From NCBI GenBank assembly GCA_904063045.1, contig CAJFCJ010000019.1, positions 1,627,700 through 1,691,699 of the forward strand: 64,000 nucleotides of DNA, given 5' to 3'. Numbering within the stretch: position 1 is the first letter of the stretch; every line of letters starts with the position of its first letter. The notes under the pieces were generated by a model. That model made no database searches and was not told the origin of the DNA. It saw nothing but the letters and a program-made list of their open reading frames with translations. Shown piece after piece: positions 38,534 to 51,219 of the stretch. This stretch comes from Dimorphilus gyrociliatus. Its lineage: Eukaryota; Animalia; Annelida. Made by a program: the position numbers and the translations under genes.

Positions 38534-39943
38534 ATGTCTGATTCTGATGAAAATGTCCCAACCCAAGAGGAGGCGGAACAGTTATGTAAATCTTTCACGG
38601 AGGTTACAGGAACAGATTCTGCGTGTGCTCTTATGTTTCTTCAACAAAATGACTGGCAGTTAGAAGTACTTAATTTCTTAAATTTTTTTATTGTTTCAAT
38701 TTGACCTAATTTCCCTTTATACTCTAATCTTTTAGGCAGCTGTGAACTGCTTTATTGTTGCCAATCAATCACCTGGAACAAAGAAGAAATTAGAAAATAG
38801 GAACGATCCATCTGACGCACCAAAAAAACAGTAAGTTAACTTAATATCGATTGTTTTAATGAAACTTAAACTTTTCTTGAAACGGCTAACAGGCCAGTTA
38901 AAAGAACTAAAATTATGAGCTGGAATATTGATGGTTTGGATCAAAATAATCTTCTTAGAAGAGCACGTGGGGTAGCAAAAGTTATAAATCAGTAAGATTT
39001 AAAAAACAGATAATTTTTCCTAGCCTTTTCAATATTTTCCAGGGAAATGCCTGATATTGTTCTTTTGCAAGAGGTAGTTCCTCAATCTCAGAAGATTTTG
39101 GAGGAGACTTGCAGCGATTATCAGGTATTTTTTATATAAAGATTCAGTGATATTGATATAACTCAAAAGATAAAAAGTTTTTAGCTGGAGGAAAGTCGGA
39201 TTATTATATCGGTGCCATGCTACATATGAAAGAAACTCAACTAATGAATAGTCAATATCATCCATTTTACTCCAGTCGTCAAAGTCGCGGTGTTTTAATC
39301 ATGGACGTAAGTAGGATTCGAAATGTTTTTGCAACTAATGTCCACTGGACACTATTCTTTTGCAGCTAGTTATCAATAATACTCCTTGTAGAGTGATGAC
39401 AAGTCATTTGGAAAGTACAAAGCCCTTATCAGAGGAGAGAAAAAAGCAACTAAAAAGATGTCTAGATGAATTAATGAACTGCCAATCTACAAGCTTATTT
39501 GCCGGTGACCTTAATCTTCGTGATAAGGAAGTGAGTTTCTTAGAATGCAAATTGTACTGCTTGAACTGCAATTGATAAACTAAATGTTTCAATAGATAGA
39601 AGAAATTGGTGGTCTTCCTCCTGGCGTAGTTGACATGTGGGAAGTAACTGGTAAACGAGAAATGGCCAAATTTACGTGGGATTGTAAACTTAATTCAAAC
39701 TTAGAAATGGAAGGTCGCTTTTGTCCTAGATTTCGGTAACCTATAAGACTTAAAATGTAATATTAATTAATTACAATAAAATATATATCCAGATTCGATC
39801 GTATGTATATTAAACAAGATCGAAGAAGAGCAAAATTAAGGCCTGTCTACTTTGAATTGAGCGGTATCGAAAAGATTCCTCCGCCTGTAAATCGGTACTG
39901 TTCGGATCACTGGGCTATTCTTGGACATTTCGATATATCGTAA
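38534..39943 (+). CDS. TDP2: Tyrosyl-DNA phosphodiesterase 2, multi-exon
   Basis: UBA-like N-terminus (FTEVTGTDSACALMFLQQNDWQLE); EEP motifs SWNIDGLD, LQEVVP, TSHLES, FAGDLNLRD, RFDR, SDHW. Confidence 0.96.
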
Positions 39944-40317
39944 ATTATAATCTACTTGAATAAACTACAATTTGAAATAAACAAAAATCTATATAAAGCC
40001 AGGTTATTAAGATTAATGAGTAAAAATCTCCAATTGAGCAATATCCGATGAGATTTTCAATGATATTCTCATCGATCGACGGTATTATATACAGCAATAC
40101 CATTTATAAGAGGCTAATTTGAAATAAACAAATAATAGATTATTTACATTTATTTACATATTTAGAAATTACGTAGTAACTTTCTATTAATATCCAAAAA
40201 TCAATAGTTTTTGTGTAAAATCATTAAAAATTTTAATTCTTTTGATTTTGAAAATTAAAACTTTCATGATAATATCGAAAAAAAGGGTTCATTGAAAAGA
40301 GATGCCGTTTTATTATT

Positions 40318-40780
40318 AAAAAGTTATGATAATACTTTTTAGGTTGTATTGACGAAGTCTTTCATCTAAACAGACGATGAGTTCTATGTGATCACTCTTC
40401 TAAGAGAACCTGATTTTGCTTAGCAATTGTTTCTTTTTTAAATGAGGCGTCTTTGTGATCATATACCTTATTAAATTATACTTTCTTAATATTCTCTTGC
40501 ATGTTGAAACTAAGATAGTTGATCTAAAAGTTGGTTCTGCTAGAACTCTTTTTGATCCCCTGGAAGGATTTCTTTTAGCAATTAAGCATAGTATCGTTTC
40601 GGCTCTTTTATTAAGTCTGGGTGTTCTGGCTCTTTTCGGAATGTTCTCCACAGAAGAGAATTCTTTTTATTTATGCCAAATTTTTAGGGCAATATCATTT
40701 AAAGACTGCCCTTCTTGGTGTATTTCAATCACCAATCGCCGAATTTTTAGACAAATAACAACCTTTTTTGAAAACACTTT
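40318..40780 (-). mobile_element. Decayed Tc1/mariner-superfamily (Tc1-like) transposase fragment
   Basis: One minus frame with two stops reads KIRRLVIEIHQEGQSLNDIALKIWHK*KEFSSVENIPKRARTPRL...IAKRNP...VSTCKRILRKYNL...KTPHLKKKQLLSKIRFS*KSDHIELIVCLDE. This follows the Tc1 order HTH, GRPR-like linker, second HTH, KKPLL, first catalytic DE. No TIRs found. Confidence 0.75.
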
Positions 40781-41317
40781 TCAAAATAGTATTCCACAGA
40801 TAGCGTGGGTTATTCTATTAATTTTTGAAGAAGGGGAGGGGTGGTCTCTCCTAACACCTCAATATTTTGGGATAGTTGCCAAAATTGAAGTTTATCAATT
40901 AGTAATAAACTTTGATAAGTTTGGATCACAAATATTAAATTATGCATATTAATTGCTATTTATAGTAGTAAACAAGAGCCATTGTTTAAAATCTAAATAT
41001 CTAAACATCAGCTATTTTTGTATTTGAAAGATGGCCTCCTATGAAGACTCTGTTTCAAAGAGTATACTAATATGGACATATTATTATAGGCTCTATTTGA
41101 ACGAACTCAGAAAGAACACAGATCATTTGAAGGTTTGAAGGGAAGTTGATAATGATATGTCACTCAGAAACCTTTCCTAGCACTAAATTATCATATTTTT
41201 ATTTGTATTATCATTAAAAAATGATAAAATATTGATGTTTTGCATTTCTCTCTTCAGTACAGCATACATTATAAGCCTACAAATTGTATGAGACGAGGTC
41301 TTTCTTTACTTTGCTAT

Positions 41318-42258
41318 TTAGCTCTTTTCTACAATTACAAGTAGTTTCGATGGTTTTATTACGTAAATATCGGCCAGAGTGTCTAGGAAAACTTGTCGCT
41401 GTTTTGAAAAATGAGAACGTCATGTTATAAGTTGACTAAGTATTGATCAACTTATTAGATTACACACCTGATGTCTTAGCAGACAGCTGGCGTGTTTGCT
41501 AAGTACAAGAGCTACAGCCGATTCATCAACTCTACAAAATCATTTTATGAATTGTAAATTATAAAATCGATTATATCAATATGATGAAGGTATACTTTCC
41601 AGATCTTATCCTATAATCGAAACTTATATATTTATTTATAGTTGCCTTTAGTTTACTCTTTTCTATCCAAACTATCTGAGCACTTCCCCTTGGGTGCAAG
41701 TAACTCGATACAAGAGAGTTTGTTATCTGAAATACTTCAGAGTATTATTAATATCTAATCTTTAAATTGTTTGTCTATACATTTTCGATATCCTGACAAA
41801 GTCTGTAACAAAGTTTTTTTCTATTCAAGGCATAAATTTTCGCCCAAAAGATTAAATATTCGCCTATACAGGTTTCTATATACAATCTATGATCATTCAT
41901 ACTTAGAAAAGTATAGCCTGTTGTTAAGTTTTTTTTCCTCGTATTCCTACTCAGTCTCGATCTGTTTCTACGTTTTGTGTCAAGATCCGGTAAGAAAGAT
42001 GAATGGCCAGCTACTGGATAGTATTTAAAATAATATAAATCATCCTCAGATTCAGAACTTGAAAACGAAGACGTTCTATTGTACTTGTGTTTGATAGATT
42101 CGTTAATTTTCAATTGATTTCTATGCAGTATTCTACAAAAACATTGTAATAACAATTTATTGTAACTGAAACTCTACTACCCCGGCTCCTTGTTTTCTGT
42201 TGATAATGATATTCCAATTGTGGGAATAAGATCTTGTGGTGAAGGCACTCGGGTTTTT
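41318..42258 (-). CDS. Unassigned 7-exon ORF (about 194 aa) lacking an identifiable start codon
   Basis: Exons 42258-42181, 42132-41903, 41820-41781, 41734-41657, 41610-41596, 41531-41468, 41398-41318. All introns GT-AG, 46-82 nt, frame-compatible. Ends VDESAVALVLSKHASCLLRHQRQVFLDTLADIYVIKPSKLLVIVEKS*. No family recognised. Confidence 0.45.
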
Positions 42259-42404
42259 CTGATAGAGAAAAAAATTTTAAAGTTCTTATCTTAAGGGAAT
42301 CATATTTATTATAAAAAATTTATTTAATGTTATATAAAGACATGATTTTTAAAAAAGCATGAATGTAAAAGTGATAGTAAATAAGTCTCAAATATCAACA
42401 ATTT

Positions 42405-44370
42405 TCAGACGATTCTAGTTGGTGCTTCATTATGAATATTGTCCAGATAGATACTCTTCCAGTCTACTTTATTTGGTGTAAAAAGTCCAAAGCAAGTACA
42501 TTCAAAGAGATCTACAAAATTTTGAAGCGATCCTTTATTGAAAGGCGATTTGTAGACTCCTGATCGAGGGGTATGAAAGTGTTTATAGCGCTGTTGGTTA
42601 AGTCTTTCATTTGTAGTTGCAGCTAAGAAAATATGCTGATAGAATTGACATATGAATAGGCTTGACACCCATATTAGATGCAACCCCGCGTTAATAACAA
42701 TCCAAAATACCCATGGAGAACATGATATTACATGAGATAAACTAACAAAAAATCCTTTGTTATATGGCACACTACACGCTTCTCTCCAATACACGCCAGC
42801 TCCGTATAAACACCAAATCAACATAATAGTCAACCAGAAGAGAAAACCGAGAAAGTATTTATGATTATTGGCTCCGATACAATTATCAACCCAAGGACAC
42901 TGTAAAAAAAAATCAAATTTTAAAATCAATAATTATAGGCAATTGTAAAAAGATGCTTACATGATGATCGAACTTCGCCACACATTTGTTACAAATAGAG
43001 CAATGTTTGCTACGAAGGGGTTTTCTAATTATGCATGTAGTACAAAATTGGTTTAATTTAAATTCTTCTCTTTCGGTGAAAGCCAGCAATGTCTTTCGTC
43101 GTTTTGCCATCGATAACTCAATGAATCCAGGATCTGTTTTCCATGCCTTCCAAAAATTATATCCCTGAAATATAGCCGTACACAAAAAGAGAATGTGTAT
43201 CAGCAGACTATTTATGTAAGACAAGAAAAAATAACACCATGTAGTATACATCCAAAATTTAGTGGCTAGATACACGTAAACGGGAAGTTTGTTCATAATA
43301 GCTAGTGAAGTAGAATGTTTAAAGTACGTCTTCACCAAATAAAACAGGGCTACAAAGAGGCCCAATTTGAAGACTAAATATACATTTAACTCAGCTATAA
43401 AGCCAATTAGAAATATAACTAAACCAGGAAAGACCATTGAAATTTTTAATTTTGTTTCTTCATCACCAATAAAAGAGTCAATTAAATTTTTCGATTTTTT
43501 CTTGTAAGCTGCCTCCATCTCAAGTCTTTTAATCATTCCCAAATTTTTTTTGGTTTCTGCTATATCCAAGGGAGTTTGTCTATCTGTGTTGAGACAATCA
43601 GGTGCAATTCCCGCTTTTATTAGTAATGTGCAAACGACATGATTTCCTCCCATCGCTGCATAGTGTAAGGCTGTATTTCCATTGTGATCAGTAAGATGAG
43701 GGTTAGCGTTAAAAGTCAGCAATAAACGGATTGGATCCATAGAATGGATACGAAAGGATGACCACATAAGAGGAGTTTTACCATTTGCATCAGGTAAGTC
43801 TACATCCAAGCCTTTGGCGATGAAAAACGCGAGAATTACGGAATGACCAAGTTGGGCAGCTAAATGAATGCATGTGCAGCCTTCTCCATCAGTACAACTT
43901 GGATCAGCTCCGTGTTGCATAAGAAGAACAACCATTTGTAAATGTCCTTGCCTTGTAGCCCAATGCATAGGAGTAGACATTAGATCTCCTCCTATTCTGT
44001 CAACGATAGCTCCTTTTCCTATTAAATATTTTACTATGTCACGGCGATTATTGATGGCAGCCCAATGAAGCAGTGAAACATTTTCTCGGTCCATCTGGTT
44101 AACACCATAAAGATCCTTATCAATAATGGATTTGACTATCGAAAATTCTCCAAATTGGGTGGCTCTCACTATATCCATTGAGTCTTCGAATGATAATTCT
44201 GGCCTGGCAACGGTCATTTCAGTTGATAATTCGTTACTATCAGTTATTTGGTGAAGAGGCGCTTGTACTGGATATGGCTTTAATTTTAACACATCGTATC
44301 CAGAATCGGGGAGTAGAGGTTGGATCGGATTACAGGACGGATCCCGTTCTTTCGGTTCATGGTCCGCCAT
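42405..44370 (-). CDS. ZDHHC17: Ankyrin-repeat palmitoyltransferase ZDHHC17 (HIP14), 2 exons
   Basis: Ankyrin repeats (LLHWAAINNR, TPMHWATRQGH, TPLMWS); CRD CTTCIIRKPLRSKHCSICNKCVAKFDHH|CPW split by a single phase-0 intron; TTNERLN; SPFNKG. Confidence 0.97.
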
Positions 44371-44914
44371 TTTGGAAATGTTATAAGACCGCGCTTAATG
44401 TTTTTTCTCATTTTATATACTTAAGTGTTTTTCTTAAACAAAAATCTCAACGCTTTGACTTAATTTTTAACGTATTAATTTTTTTAACTATTACCTTAGA
44501 GCTCTTTTATAATTTTCAAGGCCACTAAAAGAAAAATCAATTCTAGAGGTAGTGTTTTGCATATTTACAAGTGGGAAAATTCAAAATTTATGATTATGCT
44601 AGAAATGTTAAATAAAACATATATATTCAATATTTCAATACAATTTTAAATAAATGTAAAAGTAAGATGAATATTTTTTATTTAAAGTCTACTGGAGTTT
44701 TTTTTTGCATCAGCCATTCACATATAATACTGTTAACGTGGAAAAAGATAGTTGAATAAAAGTAGTGAAAACTTGAAAATCTTAGTCTTTCTGTTTTTTT
44801 TTTTAGCTTTATACATATACATTGATATATATATATATAAATATATATGTGAACATACAGTATTACGTAAATCATTAAAGTAATGCTTCACTGCAAGGTT
44901 TTCACAATTTTTCC

Positions 44915-46844
44915 TTAGAATGCTTCTCCTAGCGGCCATCTATGATTTGCTTTTCTTCTTCTCAAACGAACGATCGAACTATCGACGTCTATAGCTGCTT
45001 GTTTGTCGGAAATATCACCCTTTATTCGTAGTTGTGCTAGCTTCAGTAGGCCGATATTGCGGCTGGTGGCCGACATAGATTCCAATAATCCATCACCTCC
45101 CTAAATAAAACCGCAGTTTCAATTGGCAATTCTTTATTTGAACTAAAACATTTGCTTTATATACTTTTTGTTGACTCTTACCTTTACGATTTCTTGTGCT
45201 TCAGGCATATTTTGTCCCGGATGTCGTTGAAATACTTTGATAATCGGTCTATCCAATTTTTCATGAACCTGCAGATCGCTACTATAATGCGGTCCTCTGG
45301 ACAAGTTCCATGCGTGTTCTGTAGTGTCATACCATCTTTGCGCTTTATGCTTTGCATAGCGATTTTTTCCGCTGGCTAATTCCAATTGTTGCTGTTCAAA
45401 ATTTTAAATGTATGTTATTCTACACAACAAAAACAAGCTTTCGCAAACCTTTAGAGTAACACTCTCAGAGATCTTTTGTGTTAAGCCATTATTGACAGCC
45501 GTTTGTACTTGATCAACTAGATTATCCGTTTTACGGATTAGCTCTAATCCATCTTCCCTTAAGTTTGCGCCTCTCTTTTTAGTATCTTCCAACTCCTGGT
45601 TGTAAAGAAGAGCAAGATTAAATATTACTGTTAAAACAAATCTTTCTTTAGTATATTTAGTACTTGTAAAGCTTGTTCAACTTCAGGGGTATATGGACCA
45701 AGAGCATCAACGTGCCAGTTGTTTATGCAAGGCACACTCATTGCTCCGTCTCCTCTCCTTCCTCTCATTCTCATGGAAGCGGCGCTTGCTCTAGGTCCTT
45801 GTGCAGATACAGTTAAGTGCAAGGAGTTGTTTACGAGCTCCAAAACTCGACTTCTTTCTTGTAATACTGCAGTAACTCGTTGTCTAACTCTATCTAGTAT
45901 CAGCAGTTGTTCTTGAACCAAATCTAAATGTGTTTCAAGCATCCGTTTGGCGTTTAGGAGGTTCATTCTTTCAGCTTGTAAAAGGTCGTCTGCGCCGTCT
46001 TTATCCTGGTCAATTGTGGACAAAATAGTTTTAATTGTAATAATCTGTATTAGCTGGATTGCTCTAATCGATTTGTTATAGAAGTGCTTTACTTATCAGC
46101 TATATTGCTTAATAACGCTCTTTTGAAAGTCAAACGTTCGAACATTGAGTGTCATACAGTAGTGAATTTATTCCATTTTAATAAGCTCGAGTATACGTCA
46201 ACCTAAACACTTTTGCCTGACACGTTCAATAAACAGCAATAATGATTTATTAGCCTACCGATACCTTGTTATACGTTTTATGCTTTTTGACGGACAAATT
46301 TATGAACCTCCATCGTTTTTTTTTTTTTATAGATTCAATAAAAAGTATTGAATTATTTCGACTCATTAAAAGTCACTTGAATTCAATCGTATTCATTGCG
46401 CCAAGTTATACTTGAATATAAATATATGATTCTTACCTTTTCTCTTTTAGGTCTATTGTCTCTCAATTTAATACTTTCTTCATTCATTTTTAAATCTTTC
46501 CTTTTGTTAAATAGCGCTCTTTCCAAAGCTTCTTTAGCTTTATAAAGATTTTTAATTTCTTCATTTAGCTCCCCGAAGCGATGCCTTATCAAATTGACAA
46601 CAGCACGAACTTCTCTGAAATATCTGGACGCCTCTTCATTTGACATCTCTTGTAAAATCTCTCTCAGATGAGGTAAAGGATCTTGACCCTTTCCACATTC
46701 AATTGCATGATTGCTCTTATGTGCGATGCTATTTGATAATTTAATTGCTTTAACGGTCTCTGTCCTCCATTTTTGAGGTCCTATTGTCGCCAGTCCACTT
46801 CCATTGAAGGTTTTTGTAGGTGTTGGTAATACTGCTCTTGCCAT
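44915..46844 (-). CDS. CCDC105: Tektin-like coiled-coil protein CCDC105/TEKTL1, multi-exon
   Basis: ATIGPQKWR N-terminal motif, RDNRPKREK tektin-like loop, DALGPYTPE, QRHPGQNMPEA, C-terminal VRLRRRKANHRW. Confidence 0.85.
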
Positions 46845-46923
46845 ATCTATAGTCGTCTACTCGAAGGGTCTTATTAAAAGTTTAATTGAATTTCATGTTT
46901 CGAACACAAAAGACGACCGCCTC

Positions 46924-46937
46924 GCTGCTATAGTTAC
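46924..46937. promoter_or_regulatory. Candidate RFX X-box in the CCDC105/CEP44 divergent promoter
   Basis: GCTGCTATAGTTAC (reverse GTAACTATAGCAGC), 80 bp upstream of the CCDC105 ATG; a related GCTGCTATAG recurs about 25 bp further on. Confidence 0.5.
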
Positions 46938-47320
46938 AATCAGTGCGGAGCTGCTATAGATGGCAAACAATTTTAAATAAATACCAATTAAATATTCAGT
47001 AAATTTTCTAAATGAAAACAATAAAAAAATTTAATTCTAATTGTTTCATTAATTTTTTTAAGGTTAAAATAAAAAATAATTAAAAATAAGTTCGGAAGTC
47101 GCGAAATTTTTGAACTTCTGCCGGAGTATGTTCCCTGCTCTTGTCAAGTATATTCCAGATTAAATATTAAATCAGCACCAATTTTAAGCTAAATAATTTA
47201 TTTTGGTTTGTATATTGATATTTAGCTTCGTTTCTAATACCTCTTTCATTATTTTAGGTAGCGAATACCTTTTACTCTCTGATATTCAAGGGATTCATTT
47301 TTTTCGTAAAAGATTTGAAA

Positions 47321-48519
47321 ATGTCTTGTGGTGACTTGAATAACAGTTTGAGGATCTTACAGAAAGAGTTAAAGCTTGTAAGATATACTGTTGATTTGGA
47401 TTTTGACTTGTGAGTTATTTTCAAGTTAAAAACTCAATATATTATTTGAACACTTTTGTCACTCTAGGATTAAAGAGGGATCTCCTAATGCTTATTTACC
47501 TATCTACAACTATTTATTGATGCATTTTAGTAAATATGTGGCAAGTGAAATAAACGAACACTCCATAGAAGTTTTAGGCTTAAGTGATGCACGATTCGTT
47601 GATGCTTTATATAAGATATTTCGGGAATTATATAAGTTCAAAATGCCTCTGACCAAAGATCAATTTTTCTCGAAAGGATTTGTAGAGAAGAAGATGATGA
47701 TGTGTGCTCAAATCGCAACCAAAACTCGTGAAAGGCATCAATCCTTGGCCCCAAAGGCTCCTATAGTTATTCCAAAGGCCCCAGGTGGCACCTCAGGTAT
47801 AAAAGCTAATTTCGCGAAAAATGCGAAAGACAAAAATATGAATTCATCAAGATTATCTAGTACAATGTTTGAAAAGAGTGCATTACCGGAAACAAAAGTC
47901 GATGTGAAAGTCACAAAACATTTTCCTTTTAAGGAGTTAGATGTAAATGGGGATAGTGTCCGCTCTGAAACGAGTAAATTTGACAGAAGTTTAAAGTTAA
48001 ATAAAGCTTCAAAGTTTGACAAAGGATTAAAAATGGAAAAAACTGCTAATGTAGAAAGAACCAGTATGGGAATTCAAACAGAAATCATTCCAGAGAAACC
48101 ATGCAAGTGTGAGGAGTTATGGGCAGAGTTTAAAAATTGGCAAAAGAAGGTGGAGGATCGCTTGATTCTTTTGGAAAATCAAAAACTGCTAGCTCAACCA
48201 AAGCCTAAATATGACGCCGCAATGTACGATGATTCTAGCGAACAAGCAGACGATAATTTTAAAATACCGGAATCTAGTTCTCTTGAAGTTAGCCCACAAA
48301 ATGTGATTAAGAAGGATATTGTGATTGAATCGATTCAAGACGAATCGCCAGATTTACAATTCCAACGTATTAGTAATTTGTAAGTATTAATTTGATATTG
48401 TATAATCAAATATATATATATATATATATACACAATACAGTTAACAGTACTTCTTTTTAAACAGAGTGAAAGAAACCGATTCAATGTTAAAGAACGCCGT
48501 CACAGCAATTTTTGAGTAA
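47321..48519 (+). CDS. CEP44: Centrosomal protein 44, 3 exons
   Basis: MSCGDLNNSLRILQKEL...; GSPNAYLPIYNYLL; LSDARFVDALYKIFRE...LTKDQFFSKGFVEKK; C-terminal RISNLVKETDSML. Confidence 0.9.
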
Positions 48520-50056
48520 ATATTTAAAAGAACGGTTATCATGCGATTGAATGTTAGCTTAGAATAAACGTTTACACTATCTTTTTAAAAATCTAACAAG
48601 CCTCTCTCTTTTAATGATTGTAAATAATTAAATAAACTGACATGCAGCTCAAAAAAGCAGTTTTATACGCCACCTACCACTCGATCTTGAGTGACGTTCG
48701 ATCGGCGCATTTCCGGCTATTCCGCTAATTAAATACATGAATGTTTTAAACGGGGTTAGCGGCGTTTGTGATCCGTATTTGTATGTAGTAAATATGAAGA
48801 AACTGACTACTGGTTTCAATTCCTACATTATAAAGTCAAATAGTTATTTGATTGAAAGGAAGACATTACAATTGATATTACCTATCTTATTTACAAGATA
48901 ATCAATATCAATATATAATTGTTTGTTAATAAATATATAACAGAGGAAAACGGCGGTGTTATATACAGTAGTATAGACCTAATTTAGAAAAAGAGATTCT
49001 ACGTAATTAAAAGTATTGTTTGCAGAGAAAAGAAATAATTTTGAGAGAGTCTGTTCAATATATTCAACCTTGAGATAGACACAAGGGGAAAAGGATAGAC
49101 TATACTTTGTATTTTTTTTTCCTTCTCAATAAAATTAAATGTTTTCGATTAAAAATGAAAGCTTTGGAGACGGTGAAGTGTCATTTTTTATACCATTTTC
49201 TCAGTTCATTGAATCGTAAAGCTTACCAAAGTCTTTATGTTAAATTGACTTCTTTTATCGTTCAAGTGAGCGTGCACCATTAAAGAGTTTTAAAAGTATA
49301 ACAAAAACACCTTCTACCAGAATCATATCACCATAATATGCGGTTAATGGTAACGTTTACTTGTATTTTTTAAACATTTGCCAAGTCATTAACCGGGACA
49401 AATTTGTTTATTATAAAATGTAGGAATTAGCCCTAAAGCATTAATTATTATATTTGTATCGAATTGAGAGCTGTCTTCTTGCGTATAAGATGTTTGTATT
49501 TATATATACCCTATACCCTCTTCCGTCGATCTTTTATTCAATCTCTCTTTGTTCGTCCGCTTACGCATGAGCTTATTAAATAGCACCAGTTGCAGTTATC
49601 GATTAGGATATCAGTTGCCTTGAATGAAAAAATTAATTCTTTTACTGTTTTATACGAAGTGATATGTATATATGTATTGAATAAGTAAAGAAGTAAAAAA
49701 ACAACCAATGTGTTATCAAAGTTTAGGATAAGTATTTTAAAGAAGATCAACCGTTGCTATGCATTTGAAATATTTAAGCTGGGCGCTTCCTTTACTAGGA
49801 AACTAGAAGGTTTTAATTGATTAAGCTTTCGAAATTGGATCGATGTCCGTACCCAATACTTTAATAGGGAAAAGGTATAGAATGTACTAGTATATACACG
49901 TATCGCATTACCCTTCAAATTATAATAAAAATATTTGACGCCTTATTGATTTTTTATTGTATTTCATATGTAATAAATATGAATATTTATGGCGTGTTTT
50001 CGAACACACAAAGGTTTTCTTTCTTTAATTCAGGGCGATGCATCGGCAAGAGTTCT

Positions 50057-50097
<41 letters not shown>

Positions 50098-50384
50098 AGA
50101 CACAGTATCTGAATATATGTAATTGTAAATATATAGTATATAATAATACATAAAGTATATATACTATAAGCGTAATATATATTTATATAGTATATAGCTT
50201 AGATAATAAAAATATAGTGTTATGGTCATTTTCTTATAGTCATAATAACAATCATTACAAGTATAAATGCAGATTTCTCGATTTGGGAAATACTGTTGAT
50301 TGAATACTGTAGAATTTCTTTTTTTTTTGCACCATAGAATGTTTTCATAATTGTCTATTATTACTCCTCTGCCTCCTCCACATT

Positions 50385-50391
50385 CTCTCTG

Positions 50392-50432
<41 letters not shown>

Positions 50433-50439
50433 TTTTTTA
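50385..50439 (+). repeat. (CT)n microsatellite running into poly-T
   Basis: Direct reading. Similar tracts: (CT)n about 2753-2810, (GA)n about 53819-53856, (TA)n near 290, 705, 930, 1510, 30735, 48411, 50060. Confidence 0.9.
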
Positions 50440-50494
50440 GAATTATAGATAGGCACTATATATTTAATTAATTTTCAAGTTTATCCGTCGAATA

Positions 50495-50977
50495 TTACGT
50501 ATTCGAATCTCCCAACCATTTACGACATTTTTCATCGCCATCTTGCTCTGTTGAGAGTTTAGGCTGAAGTTTTTCTTTTCTACGCCTTCTCGATTTTCTA
50601 TTCGTATTTTGTCGAATTGGTAAGAGAAGGGGCTGCTGATGAGAAGAACGAGAAGATTCCTCTCTGGCAGTTGCTGGCTGAGATTTATTTGCTTCTGATT
50701 TCTTCTTTTTAAGTATTTCCAATTCCCTTTCGAGAATATCTCCAGTTAAAGTTTTCGATTCTTGAGCACATTTTCCTATATGGGGCAATCTTGTTAAACC
50801 AGACGAGGGTTCACTCGTTGACTGAGATATGCGAGAAGAAGTTGAAAAAGTATCTAGCGAAGGTAGACGTGACGGTGGTTCGGAAGAAGCGTCTCTGTTA
50901 TCATCGCTTGAAGTTCCTCCCCTTGAAATGGGTGGCAAGAAGTGCTTGTCGGGAGAAGGTGTGGTAGTCATGCGCAT
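50495..50977 (-). CDS. Orphan low-complexity 160-aa protein
   Basis: Open frame with good acceptor ttttctcgtAG just upstream; Ser/Arg/Lys-rich; repeated LP-x-[I/L] motifs; ends KCRKWLGDSNT. No family recognised. Confidence 0.6.
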   Translation of the reverse strand: MRMTTTPSPDKHFLPPISRGGTSSDDNRDASSEPPSRLPSLDTFSTSSRISQSTSEPSSGLTRLPHIGKCAQESKTLTGDILERELEILKKKKSEANKSQPATAREESSRSSHQQPLLLPIRQNTNRKSRRRRKEKLQPKLSTEQDGDEKCRKWLGDSNT

Positions 50978-51110
50978 GATGCTACCATCTACGAGAAAAC
51001 GATCTGAATTATTAAATGAATAGCGGCCAAAGCCGATCGCCGCCTCTCTTCGAACTGAGTCGATGTCTGCTTAATTAGGCCTTGTTAAAGAATGGCGCCA
51101 GTCAAGTGCA

Positions 51111-51219
51111 GTATCCGTGGAGACGAACTGCAACAGAGTGAACGTTCGAGACGCTCACGAATATGCGTTCCCCTCTAAACCTACTTTTAATTGAACTATG
51201 ACGTCATTGCAACGGATAC
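51111..51219. promoter_or_regulatory. Paired X-box-like motifs plus a perfect CRE upstream of the orphan gene
   Basis: GTATCCGTGGAGAC at 51111-51124; TGACGTCA at 51199-51206; GTATCCGTTGCAAT on the minus strand at 51206-51219. Confidence 0.45.

Noticed and set aside
40455-40952. 165-aa hydrophobic plus-strand ORF
   Set aside because: Antisense to the Tc1-like frame, non-ATG start and no recognisable family.
48520-50450. Possible small spliced gene or ncRNA between CEP44 and the orphan (scattered GT/AG signals, GTTGCTATG half-site at 49753)
   Set aside because: Every exon chain I tried on either strand hit stops; no C/D, H/ACA or tRNA signature was convincing.
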